DNA from: Somniosus microcephalus
Lineage: Eukaryota
Assembly: GCA_052327205.1 (NCBI GenBank)
Contig: CM126210.1
Coordinates: 98,084,001 to 98,148,000 of the forward strand
DNA: 64,000 nucleotides
Reading direction: 5' to 3'
The notes under the pieces are model-generated. The model saw nothing but the letters and a program-made list of their open reading frames with translations, was not told the origin of the DNA and did no database searches. A program made the position numbers and the translations under genes. Every line of letters starts with the position of its first letter. The stretch's first letter is position 1. This document shows positions 1 to 12,742 of the stretch, in pieces.

Positions 1-158
1 GCCCGGCCTCGGGAGGGCGGGGCTCGGGCTCACCGGGGCGCTGTGCTCGGCATGTCAGTGCATGGGGCGGCACGGAGCTCAGCGGAGCCATTGCCGGCAG
101 AGGGGAGGGGGTCTGCTGGCTCCCCCCTCCCTTTCTCCCCCCCTCCTTCCCCCAGCTC

Positions 159-604
159 NNNNNNNNNNNNNNNNNNNNNNNNNNNNNNNNNNNNNNNNNN
201 NNNNNNNNNNNNNNNNNNNNNNNNNNNNNNNNNNNNNNNNNNNNNNNNNNNNNNNNNNNNNNNNNNNNNNNNNNNNNNNNNNNNNNNNNNNNNNNNNNNN
301 NNNNNNNNNNNNNNNNNNNNNNNNNNNNNNNNNNNNNNNNNNNNNNNNNNNNNNNNNNNNNNNNNNNNNNNNNNNNNNNNNNNNNNNNNNNNNNNNNNNN
401 NNNNNNNNNNNNNNNNNNNNNNNNNNNNNNNNNNNNNNNNNNNNNNNNNCNNNNNNNNNNNNNNNNNNNNNNNNNNNNNNNNNNNNNNNNNNNNNNNNNN
501 NNNNNNNNNNNNNNNNNNNNNNNNNNNNNNNNNNNNNNNNNNNNNNNNNNNNNNNNNNNNNNNNNNNNNNNNNNNNNNNNNNNNNNNNNNNNNNNNNNNN
601 NNNN
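159..604. other. Assembly gap (N run, single called base at 450)
   Basis: Run of N directly visible; flanked by C/T-rich simple repeats. Confidence 0.98.
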
Positions 605-758
605 CCCCCCTCCCCCCCTCCCTTCCCCCCAGTCGCGCTCTCTCTTCCCCCCCTTCCCCCCAGTCGCGCTCTCTCTTCCCCCCAGTCGCGCTCTCTCTTC
701 CCCCCAGTCGCTCTCTCTCTTTCTCTCTCTTCCCCCCAGTCGCGCTCTCTCTCTCTTC
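605..758 (+). repeat. Pyrimidine-rich minisatellite, ~21-bp unit CCCCCAGTCGCGCTCTCTCTT
   Basis: About five imperfect copies directly after the gap. Confidence 0.85.
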
Positions 759-759
759 C

Positions 760-811
760 AACAACAACATGCCCTCAAAAGACCCTCGGCACCGCCGGGC
801 ACTTCAGCTAG
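760..811 (+). mobile_element. Probable 3' end of a non-autonomous Helitron
   Basis: GC-rich mini-hairpin CTCGG-CACCG-CCGGG (785-799) followed 8 nt later by CTAG (808-811) then T; abrupt switch to AT-rich sequence. Matches the Helitron hairpin + CTRR|T rule; 5' end not visible. Confidence 0.5.
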
Positions 812-1849
812 TCAAAGTATATTTAAGTGCACAATGTAAAAACAGGTCGGCACTCTAGTTAAGTTCCTAATCCTACAAACACTCTATAGAAAAATCTATA
901 AAAATCACTCAGTTATGCAATTGATGCTAATAGAAAATTAAACAATAATCAGTTGTCAGATAGAATTATCTTTCCTCTCATATCTTTGGAACATAAGCCA
1001 CAGCTAGGAGGAGAATTCTGAAATAATGCAAGCATTTTCTGTATTGTTTGGACCATTTTTACAATTAAATAATTAGAATTTTCTACAGGGGCTATTAAAA
1101 TCAATTATCCAGCATCCTTTGTAAACTATAAATAAGATGATAAATGATCATTCTCTTTAAATAGCATTAGTTAGGTCTCAGAAGCAGTACAATTCAATTT
1201 TAGTCAATACATCAACTGATTGCTGGTTGTGTCATTCAACAGGTGGGAAACTTGATTGTTTTTTTCCCGCAAGGAAGCTTTAACTATCACACTGCAATAT
1301 TGGCATTGAATATATCAATGGAAGGGTCCCAGCAGACATGCCATATTAATTTTTTCTTCTTTTCTGAGAAATAAATATATTTCCATTGGATCCTTTCCCA
1401 GACAGTATTCTACACAAACATGCTGTCCAATATCAGATATACATGCCAGCAAGAACAAGACATTGGAAGCATGCAGCTCGTCTACTGTATAATGGATTTC
1501 ACCTAAGATAAAATGCTCAGTTCCGAATCATTTGTCATAGAGAATTAGACACTGCTAAAATTTGAAAAGATGTAGGGGACTAAATTTGATAGCCCTGAAA
1601 ATGGGCACGGGGATCGCAATGCATGATTAACCCGTGCCAGTTCAATTTAATACAGGCAGCACACCAACTTTGTGCTGCCTGCTCATTTCAATGATTTCAG
1701 AATGCAGCCAGTACTAACCATGGTGTTGATTGGCTGCACGTATTAGCAGGGGGCCCACAATCATCACTGGCTAGCATTACTTAAAGGGGAGGTGCATTCT
1801 GGCTGGAGCAGGTGCTGGAAGTTGTTCAGGAAGTGAATGAGACCTGGGA

Positions 1850-3704
1850 GACAGTGAAGAATAGCATAGCATTGGAGAGAACATGTTCCAAGGTTTTCGG
1901 ATGCTGCATTGGAGGCCTTGCTGGAGGAGGTAGAAAGGGGGAGAGATATCCTGTATCCGCAGGGAGCGAGGAGGCCCTCCAGACACATGTTCAGAAGGCA
2001 ATGGCAGCAGATAGACATGGAGATCAATGCCAGGAGTCGAGCCTCAAGGACCTGGATGCAGTGCCACAAGAAGTTTAATGACCTCACATGAGTGGTCAAA
2101 GTCAATGAATGCATTTTCAAATGCCATATCCTACCAACTGCACCACTAGCCTCACACACTGCTCAATGGACCACACCACCATCACTCACCTACCAACAAT
2201 CTCTGTCAGTCAGGACTCATACTTAACATTCTTAGCTTCACCTCACCCTCACACACTTAGCACTGCTGCAAGCCTCACACCCACATTTCACAGTTTGCAC
2301 ACACTGCCAGTTAGTCAACCATGAGAGCCACATCACCCAAACAGATTGCACCACAGTCACTGACACACTTCCCTCTCTATGCAGGGCAAGTTGGCACATA
2401 ACTGGAGGTAGCAGGAGCCAACCGGTGGGGAACAGGCATATCCTTACCCCAATGGAGGAGACGGTGGTCACCATCAGTGGAGCAACCAACGCTGAGGCCA
2501 TGGCCACTGGCGGGGCTGCAACCATTGAAGATGAGGGTATCCTCATACCTAATCCTCCTTCTCACATCCCACTTACTCCTCATCCCACAATCTCTTCTGA
2601 TTTACAAGCTGCAGATGGTGTAAACATGCAGCTCTTACTTTTCCATCTCCACTCACCACCTTACCCTTGTACCTTTCTCCATTCAGATACCCAGGAACTG
2701 CAACCTGTCCAGGCAGTGGTGGAAGAGCAAGAAGAAAGCGATAATGAAGGCACACCATCATTCGATTTGACAGTCACAGCCACCAGCTCAGATACTGAGA
2801 CTGCATGTAATTTAGAGGATAGCATAGAGGCGGGATCTGCATGTGGTGAGACACTGAGTGTGAATGGCCTGCAGCCGGAGCAGGGGGCAAGGGTAGCGCA
2901 GGTGCCAGCATGCCGAAGGGTGAGGTCGCACACAAGTTCTGCGGCAGAGGACTCAGATGAGCACTTTGATGGGGTGGGCTACAGAAGAAGGCTGATGGGT
3001 ATGCACAATGAAATGCTTGGTGCATTGGCAGGCCTGCCAGAAAGCTTGCTTGCAATGTTAAGGAGCATGGAGGAATCCAGCACCAACTTGGCACAGGGCT
3101 TTGCACAGAGCTTGGAGCCCATGATTTCCAGGATAGAAGTGGTGACCAATTCCATTTGCACACTTGTGGAACCAACCATGATGCAGCGTCTGATGCCCGA
3201 TGTCTCAGCTTCCATTGCAGCACAAGCAGCAGCCACCCAATGTTTGAGTGCTGCAGTGAAAGCTCAGACTGCTGTCATCATGGCTCTGGATTCCAGTGTT
3301 CAAAGGGGCTTGCAGGGTGTCACAGCATTCCAGTAATCTGTCCTGCAACAGATTATCAGGATTGCTGAGGCGCCACCCAGGGGAGTGGCAGTGGCTCCAT
3401 GGAGCACGAACCTGCTGTCCTCTCTCAGGATGGCAGCATTCATCCTCCCACCCCTGCCATTCCGTCAGTGCCCTTGCTGTTGCCAGTCAGCCAGCCAGCC
3501 CAGATTGCTGCAGCCCATGCCGAGATGGTGCAATCTGCAGCCGGGCCTTCTAGTCCCAGAGCTGCTCGAGATCGTCCTCCAAGGCCATCTGCAGTCCCTT
3601 CCACCAGCCATACTGCAGCCATTGGAGTAGCACTGTGTAGGAGCCCTATGACAGACAAAGGCGCATGGAAGACAGGCAGTAAGGGAATACACAATGTTGA
3701 TTAG
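1850..3704 (+). pseudogene. Harbinger Myb/SANT-like DNA-binding protein gene (about 3 exons, disrupted)
   Basis: LEALLEEVERGRDILYP...WQQIDMEINARSRASRTWMQCHKKFNDLT is a Myb/SANT trihelix motif; acceptors ctctctatgcag (to 2384) and ctttctccattcag (to 2686); acidic and coiled-coil-like exon 3; stops at 2089-2091 and 3334-3336. Start approximate. Confidence 0.8.
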
Positions 3705-3874
3705 TTAACATTTGTATGCAATATGGCATTATTTTGATTTATAAATTTGGTTTGGAATATTTATTTTCTGGAGGCTTTTATTTTTGCATTGTGGCCAAAC
3801 AAACATTGTGATGGCCAGTGACAGAGGAAAGGTAGGGTGTGGGATTGTTAGTGAATGGAGAATTGGGGTCGAGA

Positions 3875-4986
3875 TTACTGGTATTGCACTTGGATGAGTT
3901 CTTCACAGACAGCCCGGGCAGAAAAGGGCTGTCCAGGTTTCCTCCTCCCTTCCTCTTCCTCCTTCACCTCTTCCTCTTTCTCCACCTCCTTCTCCTCAGC
4001 TGCTCGCCATGTAACTGGTGGCAACGGCTGTGCCCTAATGATGGCCAGGTTGTGCAGCATGCAGCAGACCACCATGAATCTTGACACTTGCTCTGCTGAG
4101 TACTCCAGGCAGCAGAAGCATTGTTTCAGCCCGCCAATGGTCTGCACTATCACATTTCATGTGGCAGCATGGCTTTCATTGTATGCATGCTGCGCACACG
4201 TGCATGAGCCATGTTGTCAGCAGATAGTTTTGTCACCCAGTAGCCATCCTATTGTTTGCCATGGTAGCTCAAATGTAGATGGCACAGCAGACTGCTGAAG
4301 AATGCAAGCATCATGACTACTGCCAGAATACCGGCCATTGACCTGCATGATTAGCTGCCTATGGTCACACACCAGCTATACGTTGAGGGAGTGGAATCCC
4401 TTTCGGTTCCAAGATATGGTAGAGTTGACATGCGGCGCCGCAAAGCATGAATTCAATGACACCCTGCACCATGGGGATGCCTCTATTCCCAGCGAAGCTG
4501 CAAACTCATTCCACCTGCTGGTCTCTGGCAAGAGCGAATGAAAATGTAGTCCGCTCTCTTTGAATAGAGAGCCTCAGTGACCTCCCTTATGCAACAGCGA
4601 ACGGCAAACTGCGAGATGTTGCAAAGATCTCCAGCTCCAGCCTAGAAGGAGCTAAAGGCATAAAAGTTCATCGCCACGGTCACCTTCACAGCCACTGGCA
4701 ATGTGGTCCTAGCCCTGCTCTGAGGTTGTAGTTGTGGCTGCAGCAGGTGGCAGATGTCAATGAGGACGTCCTTACTGAAGCACAGACGTCTCACACGTTG
4801 TTCCCCGCTGAGATTCAGGTAGCAGAATTGCTTCCTGAACACCCTGGGTGGCTGTGGCCTCCTGCTGAGAGCCCTTCTCCCCCTCCTCCTCCACCCTCTT
4901 CCAGCAGCTCGTCCTGCTCTGCGTAGCGTCTGTTCCTTCTCCAAGGCATGCTATATCCCAAGGAAAATTCCTACCAGTGCACCCAT
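3875..4986 (-). pseudogene. Harbinger (HARBI1-like) DDE transposase, frameshifted
   Basis: Fragments TTLPVAVKVTVAMNFYAFSSF, NRKGFHSLNV, WLLGDK, IVQTIGGLKQCFCCL, VVCCMLHNLAI and an acidic tail, spread over several frames. Confidence 0.85.
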
Positions 4987-5584
4987 GTCTGGCAGCAAGT
5001 GGTTTATGCAAAAGCCTTGAAGTCAGCAGAGAAGTCCCTCAGCACCTTCCACCCCACTCCCTGTAGATTTTTGCAACTTGAAACGACTATAAAAAGCACC
5101 AAACACTTGTAGAATCGTAGCAACAGCTAGAAGAAGTCAACAGCAGCTAACCTGTAATTCGTTGATGATCCCTTTAAATAGCCTGGTGGGAAGTCCTTGT
5201 TGCTGCTGAACCATGTTCAGCTTTGCCCGCTTGAGAAAAGGTGTTAGCTGGAGCGTTGAGCTTCAAAATGGCAGCACTGGCACCAAATTATCATTGCACG
5301 CTGATTGACGTCATGATCATCTGCTCTGCATATTTCCATGCTAACACCCTCATCAATATGGTGTCCAATGTGATTCGCCCTACACATGTGCATACGCGCC
5401 ACAGACACCATTTTGGATTTCTAAGGGCATTTGTAGCACCCAAAAAAATGGGTGCTACAGATCTGAATTCTGCGCCTGTAATGTAGGGTTATCATCCAAG
5501 TCTGCTACCTAGATTAGTATGTTTCCAGTCTAAAAAAGAAAGTATTGTTTGATTTAGTTCTGGGAAATCAAATGAGACAAGTAG

Positions 5585-5815
5585 CTGAGAGGATGGGGGA
5601 ACTACTGAACTGACGAAGAGAGGAAGAGGAGAGGGTGCATGGAGAGGGAAAAAAGGAGAATATGAGGAGGGAGAGCGGAAAAAAGGGGAGGAGAGAGTAT
5701 GAGAGAAGGGAGAGAGGAAGCAGAGGGGATGGACAGAGGGAGAAGAGGCAGGAGAGGAAAGGGGGACCGGGGTGGGGGGGGACAGGAAGGGGAGGGATAG
5801 CGTAGCAGATGGGGA
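5585..5815 (+). repeat. Purine-rich (G/A) low-complexity tract
   Basis: Almost entirely G and A over ~230 bp. Confidence 0.75.
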
Positions 5816-6129
5816 TAAGCCTTAAAACCTACCTGGTTTATTTACTTATACCAACATAGCTGCAAACTGAGGCAAACAGGATACACCACAGTGTCACTGG
5901 GTCTGCAAACTCAACCTGTGTTATGGTTTTACCTGTCAACATAGTATATAGCTACTGTTGTTTTAGCAACTAACGTTACGTGATATTAAACATTGAAAAA
6001 ATACATCACAGTGCCATCTATGGGCATAGCAGGTACTGCAGTTAAATGTTGACAGTATGGGTTTTCCCACTGAGTTAATATGACAGAAGATTTTCAATAC
6101 ATTTTGAAATGGAAAGTCTTCAACTGCTC

Positions 6130-6380
6130 AGTGATTGAGGAAAGAGATTAGGAGAAATTACTTTATGCGGAGTGCTTTTGAAGCATGGAAGCTTCACCAG
6201 AGGGAATAGTTGAGTCAAAGACCATTACACCTTTTAAGTGAAGAATAGATAAACATTTGAAGCAGAGGGTGTGAGCCGACAAGCATAGTATTGGAGTTAA
6301 TTGGATTCTTTTAGCAAAGAGCCAGCCTAACTGCAATGGGCCAAATGGCCTCTTTCTGTGCTGTAAACTTCTATGGTTTT
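6130..6380 (+). mobile_element. Old CR1 LINE 3' fragment
   Basis: Degenerate match to the 3' end of the CR1 at 9870-10146 (ggagaaattacttt..., gggccaaatggcct, ttctatg tail). Confidence 0.55.
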
Positions 6381-6499
6381 ATTAAATCAGTTTTTAAAAT
6401 ATTTTGAGATAATTGGCCTTATGATGTATCTGGTTGTGCATTTGTATGTTTTTTTGTGATTCTTGCATTGGTACCTTTATGGTACTGATTACTTGTGGA

Positions 6500-7062
6500 T
6501 TCCTGGCACCAGGGGTGGTTCTGCTGCACAGGACGGGAGGAAAAAGAGGGGTAGAGCTATAGTAATAGGGGATTCTATTGTAAGGGGAATAGATAGGCGT
6601 TTCTGCAGCCGCAAACGAGACTCCAGGATGGTGTGTTGCCTCCCTGGTGCAAGGGTCAAGGGTGTCTCAGTGCGGCTGCAGAACATCTTGGAAGGGGAGG
6701 GTGAACAGCCAGTTGTCGTGGTGCATATAGGCACCAACAATATAGGTAAAAAGTGGGATGAGGGCCTAAAAGCGGAATATAGGGAGTTAGGAGGTAAATT
6801 AAAAAATAGGACCTCAAAGGTAGTAATCTCAGGATTGCTACCAGTGCCACGTGCTAGTCAGAGTAGAAATAGAAGGATATTTCAGATAAATACGTGGCTA
6901 GAGGAATGGTGCAGCGGGGAGGGATTCAAGTTCCTGGGACATTGGAACCGGTTCTGGGGGAGGTGGGACCAGTTCAAACGGAACGGTTTACACCTGGGCA
7001 GGGCTGGAACCGATGTCCTAGGGGGAGTGTTTGCTAGTGCTCTGGGGGAGGGTTTAAACTAA
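6500..7062 (+). pseudogene. CR1 ORF1 C-terminal SGNH/GDSL esterase-like domain
   Basis: Motifs VIGDSIVRG, CLPGA, VHIGTN, NGLHL in an open frame; N-terminus missing. Confidence 0.85.
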
Positions 7063-10045
7063 AATGGCACGGGGTTGGGAACCTGAGCAGGGAGACAGAG
7101 GAAAGGGAAACAAGGATAAAAGCAAAAGATAGGAAGGAGAAAAACAAAAGTGGCAGTCAGAGAAATCAACGGTTTAAATCAAATGTGGCCACAGTAAATA
7201 ATAATTCTAATAGGTCTAAGAGCGTTAAAAAGACAAGCCTGAAGGCTTTGTGTCTTAATGTGAGGAGCATTCATAATAAGGTGGATGAATTGGCTGCGCA
7301 AATAGAGGTAAATGAATATGATTTGGTTGGGATTACGGAAATGTGGCTCAAGGATGGCCAAGGCTGGGAACTCAACATCCAGGGGTATTCGATATTCAGG
7401 AAAGATAGGCAAAAAGGAAAGGGAGGTGGGGTAGCATTACTGGTTAAAGAAGGGATTAACACAATTGTAAGGAAGGATATTAGCTCTGATGATATGGAAT
7501 CTGTATGGGTAGAATTGAGAAATACTAACGGGCAGAAAATGTTAGTGGGAGTGGTATATAGGCCTCCAAACAGTAATGCATGAGGTTGGGGATGGCATTA
7601 AAAGGGAAATTAAAGAAGCGTGCAATAAGGGCACAGCAGTCATCATGGGTGACTTTAACCTACATTTACATTGGGCTAACCAAATTAGTAACAATACTGT
7701 AGAGGAGGAATTCCTGGAGTGTTTATGGGATGGTTTCCTGGACCAATATGTCGAGGAACCAAGCAGAGATCAGGCCATCTTAGACTGGGTATTATGTAAC
7801 GAGAAAGGATTAATTAGCAATCTTGTTGTACGAGGCCCCTTGGGTCGGAGCGATCATAATATGATCGAATTATTCATTAAGATGGAGAGTGAAGTAGTTG
7901 ACTCGGAGACTAGTGTCCTAAATTTAAATAAAGGAAACTACAATGGTCTGAGGCGCGAGTTGAGTAGGATTGATTGGGGAATGTCACTCAAAGGGTTGAC
8001 GGTGGATAGGCAATGGCAAACATTCAAAGACCGAATGGATGAACTACAGAATTTGTTTATCTCAGTTTGGCATAAAAATAAAACAAAAAAGGTGACTCAA
8101 CCATGGCTAACAAGGGAAATTAGGGATAGCATAACTTCCAAGGAGAGGACATATAAATTGGCCAGAAAAGCAATAATCCTGAGGATTGGGAGCAGTTTAG
8201 GATTCAACAAAGGAGGACAAAGGGATTAATTAAGAAGGGGAAAATGGAATATGAGAGTAAGCTTGCAGGGAACATAAAAACTGACTGTAAAAACTTTTAT
8301 AGATATGTGAAGAGAAAAAGATTGGTGAAGTCAAGCATAGGTCCCTTGCAGTCAGAATCAGGGGAATTTATAATGGGGAACAAAGAAATGGCAGACCAAC
8401 TAAACACATATTTTGGTTCTGTCTTCACAAAGGAGGACACAAATAACCTCCCAGAGATACCGGGGAACATAGGGTCTGATGAAAGGGTGGAACTGAAAGA
8501 AATCAGTATTTGTAGGGAAATGGTGTTAGGAAAATTGATGGGACTGAAGGCCGATAAATCCCCAGGCCTGATAATCTACATCCGAGGGTACTTAAGGAAG
8601 TGGCCCTAGAAATAGTAGATGCATTGCTGGTCATCTTCCAGAACTCGATAGACTCTGGAACAGTACCCATGGATTGGAGGGTAGCTAATGTTACCCCACT
8701 ATTCAAAAAAGGTGGTAGAGAAAAAGCGGGGAATTATAGACCGGTAAGCCTGACATCAGTAGTGGGGAAAATGCTAGAGTCCATTATAAAAGATGTAATA
8801 GCAGAGCACTTGGAAAGCACTGACAGGATCGGACAAAGTCAACATGGATTTACAAAAGGTAAATCTTGCTTGACTAATCTACTGGAATTTTTTGAGGATG
8901 TAACTGGTAAAATAGATAAAGGAGAACCAGTGGATGTGGTATATTTGGACTTTCAGAAGGCTTTCGATAAGGTCCCGCATAAGAGATTAGCGTGCAAAAT
9001 TAAGGCACATGGGATTGGGGGCAAGGTATTGACTTGGATAGAGAACTGGTTGGCGGATAGAAAGCAAAGAGTTGGAATAAACGGGTCGTTTTCCGAGTGG
9101 CAGGCAGTGACTAGTGGGGTACCGCAATGATCGGTCCTAGGACCCCAGCTGTTCACAATATATATTAATGATCTGGACGAGGAAATTGGATGTAATATCT
9201 CCAAATTTACAGATGACACAAAGTTGGGTGAGAGAGTATGCTGTGAGGAGGATGTCGTGAAACTCCAGTACGATTTGGACAGGTTTGGTGATTGGGCAGA
9301 AACATTGCAAATGCACTATAATGTGGATAAATGTGAGGTTATCCACTTTGGTGGCAAAAACAGGAAGGCAGATTATTATTTGAATGGCAATAGATTGGGA
9401 GAAGGGGAAGTGCAAAGAGACCTGGGTGTTCTTGTGCACCAGTCACTGAAGGTAAGCATGCAGGTGCAGCAGGCGGTTAAGAAGGCAAATGGTATGTTGG
9501 CCTTCGTAGCAAGAGGGTTCGAGTACAGGAACAAGGATGTCTTGCTGCAATTGTACAGGGCCTTGGTGAGACCGCACCTTGAGTACTGTGTGCAGTTTTG
9601 GTCGCCTTATCTGAGGAAGGACGTTCTTGCCACGGAAGGAGTGCAGCGAAGGTTCACCAGGCTGATACCTGGGATGGCAGGAATGACGTATGAGGAGAGA
9701 TTGTGTCGACTGGGCTTATACTCACTGGAGTTTAGAAGATTGAGAGGGGATCTCATCGAAACCTATAAAATTCTGTCAAGCCTGGACAGACTAGATGCAG
9801 GAAGGATGTTTCTGATGGCCGGGGAGTCCACAACCAGGGGTCATAGTCTAAGGATAAGGGGTAAGCCATTTAGGACTGAGATGAGGAGGAATTTCTTCAC
9901 CCAGAGAGTGGTGAACCTGTGGAATTCTCTGCCACAGAGGGCGGTGGAGGCCAGTTCATTAAATATATTCAAGAAGGAGTTGGATATATTTCTTAAGGCT
10001 AAAGGGATCAAGGGATATGGGGAGAAGGCAGGGACAGGGTACTGA
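7063..10045 (+). pseudogene. CR1 ORF2 (APE endonuclease + reverse transcriptase), disrupted
   Basis: GITEMW, VYRPPN, MGDFN, SDH (endonuclease); NYRPVSLTS, YLDFQKAFDKVPH, GVPQ*S, FTDD (RT). Frameshifts near 7576, 8170 and 8570; in-frame TGA at 9128-9130. Confidence 0.93.
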
Positions 10046-11389
10046 ATTTGGATGATCAGCCATGATCTCATTGAATGGCGGAGCAGGCTCGAGGGGCCGA
10101 ATGGCCTACTCCTGCTCCTATCTTCTATGTTTCTATGTTTCTATGTTAACCTTTATGCTCCTTGCAGGTTGTTCATTGGCAGTTTTCCAACATGTGCAGT
10201 CATAGTGAAGGCAGTCAGTTGACAATGAGTTAACAGTATTTGAGCCAACTATCAGTTTCCATGTTGGAAACATGACAGGGTGAGGCTTTGAGTGTGATCT
10301 ATGTGCACTAGAAGCAAGAATTTTAATATATAGATGGATATAGAAACCAGTGTATTTTCCCAATAATCTAGCAAATATGATAATTCAGTAATTGTGCTGT
10401 GATTGCATCACTAGTGTAATGTTACAGCATCAATGCCTTAACATACCAACTGAGTCCAGCCCCTTGGTCATATTGGCCTTGAATTCTACTGCTGATAATA
10501 ATGCCTTCTATAGATAGCAATACACAATACCAATAAAGCAAACTTCAGGTTTTTTTGTCTTAAATAGCATTGCTTGATACTATAAATTGCAACTGGGTGG
10601 CTGGGAATGATTAGAATGAAAACAATCCCATCTCTGGGCTCAGATGGCAATACAATGTGTAAACTTGGCCCTTGTGGTTTATGGTATCATCTGAACCCCG
10701 TAATGGTTTTTTCTCATAGTCACTGACACGCACACTTTTTCTTTCTATATATTACATGGAGAATGAATTTTTCATAATTCGCCACTCAACTAGTTTGATC
10801 TTCTGTCTGTGTACATTGCTTGTCATGTCATCAGTATAGCATCAAACTTATCACCACAAAAATACTGTATCCACATTCACTGGCCGCAAAATTTGGCTCC
10901 TTAGTGCCCGCTGTTTCGGTGCTACGTGTGCCATTTTGGATCCAAAATTGCGTCTGCGATACACACGCACACTTCCAGTGTGAGTCACGCCAGACACCAT
11001 CTTGGTGAGAGCATTAGTGCCGTGCAGTGAGCGTCCGTCAGAAGTATGCAGAGTAGGCAGATCATGATGTCAATCAGCCTGTAATGCAGTTTTGACACCA
11101 GCGCTGCCATTTTTGAGCTCAATGCTCCAGCTAACGCCCTCGCTTAAACTCACACAGCTGAACACATGTTTAGCAGCAGGAAGGACCTCCCACCAATACT
11201 ATTTAAAGGGATCATCAACTTACAGGTTAGTTGCTCATTGATTTCTACTGGCTCTTGCTGTATTTTTAGAAGTGTTTGGTGGTTTCTAGAGTTCGTTCAA
11301 GTTGCAAAAGTCTACAGGGAGTCGGGAGGCAGGTGCTGAAGGATCTTTTCCTGACTTCAAGGATTCTGCAGAGACCACTTGCTCCCAGA

Positions 11390-12574
11390 CCTGGTTACAG
11401 TTGTAGGCATTCCACTTGGCCTATAGCATGACAGAGAGAATGAGCAGAGGCCACACAGAGCAGGACAAGCTGCTGGAAAAGGGAGGAGGAGGAGGGGGAG
11501 AAGGGCTCTCACAGGAGGCCATAGCCACCCAGTGTGTTCAGGAAGTAATTCTCCTACCTGAACCTCAGTGAGGAACAGTGTGTCAGACATCTGTGCTTCA
11601 CTAAGGACGTCCTCACTGAAATCAACCACCTGCTGCAGCCACCACTGCAACCTCAGAGCAGGGCGAGGACCGCATTGACAGTGGCCCTGAAGGTGACCGG
11701 GGTGATGAACTTTTATGCGTTGGGCTCCTTCCAGGCTGGAGCAGGAGATATTTGCAACATCTCCCAGTTTTCCATCCACTGTTGCATAAGGGAGGTAACT
11801 GAGGCTCTGTATTGCAAGAGAGCTGAATACATTTCCTTCTCTCTGACCAGAGAGCCACAGGCGGAGCAAGCACATGGCTTTGTGAGGATTGCAGGCTTCC
11901 GCATAATGCAGGATGCTATTAACTGCAAGTATGTCACTTTGTGGGCACCTCATGTAAACTCTGAGATGTACCAGAACCGAAAGGGAGTCCACTCCCTCAA
12001 CGTGCAGTTGGTGTGCAACCATACTCAGTGAATCATGCAGGTAAATGCTCGGTGTCCTGGCAGCAGTTTGGATGCCTTCATTTTGTGGCAGTCTGCTGTG
12101 CCATCTGCATTTGAGCCACCACAACAAACCAAAGGGTGGCTATTGGGCGACAAGGGCTAACCGCTGATGACATGGTTCATGACTCCGGTGCGCAACCCAC
12201 GCACATGTGGGCAGCATGCATTCTACGAAAACCATGCTGCCACATGAAATATCGTAGAGCACACCATTGGCATGCTGAAGGAACAATTACACTGCCTGGA
12301 CTGCTCTGAAGGAGCCCTGTAGTAGTTGGAAGAGCGAGTGTCAAGATTCATGGTGGTCTGCTGCATGCTGAACAATCTGACCATCATGAGGACACAGCCC
12401 TTGCCACCAGCTATAGGGCTAGCTGCTGAGGAGTAGGAGAAAGAGAAGCAGGAGGAGGAAGAGGAGGAGGAAGAGGAGGAAGAGGAGGGGAAAGAGGAAG
12501 GGAGAAGGAGACCTAGACAGCCCTTTTCTGGCCGGGCTGTCTGTGACCGACACATCCGACTGTGATACCAGTAA
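11390..12574 (+). pseudogene. Harbinger DDE transposase remnant (copy B)
   Basis: ALTVALKVTGVMNFYALGSFQ, QDAINCKYV (first catalytic Asp apparently Asn), NRKGVHSLNVQLVC, WLLGDKG*, VVCCMLNNL, poly-Glu tail; multiple stops. Confidence 0.85.
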
Positions 12575-12742
12575 ACACAACCCCAATTCCACATTCACCA
12601 ACAGTCACACACCTTACCTTCCCTCTGTCGGTGACCATCACAGCATACGTTGGCCACAATGCAAAAATAAAAGTCTCCACAAAATAAATATTCCAAACAA
12701 AATTTATAAATCAAACCATGCCATATCGCATATAAACATCAA

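Larger units (their letters stand above)
1575..5477 (+). mobile_element. PIF/Harbinger DNA transposon, copy A (full length, decayed)
   Basis: Convergent Myb/SANT gene (+) and DDE transposase (-); GTA on both flanks (1572-1574, 5478-5480); short imperfect termini GGGGACTAAATT / AATTCTGCGCCT; collinear with the reverse complement of 10882-15948. Confidence 0.9.
6500..10147 (+). mobile_element. CR1 LINE, 5'-truncated within ORF1
   Basis: ORF1 esterase, ORF2 endonuclease + reverse transcriptase, short 3' UTR ending in (TTCTATGT)x3 octamer tail. 5' boundary approximate. Confidence 0.95.

Noticed and set aside
30-858. Three long ORFs at the window start
   Set aside because: They are open only because they run through the N gap and simple repeats.
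2425-3336. 303-aa ORF as a novel host gene
   Set aside because: It is part of the Harbinger Myb gene read through an intron; the paralogous copy B is broken, and exons 1 and 2 contain stops.
11390-12574. Domesticated HARBI1 host gene
   Set aside because: Multiple stops, altered catalytic residue, and location inside a TSD-bounded transposon with sister copies.
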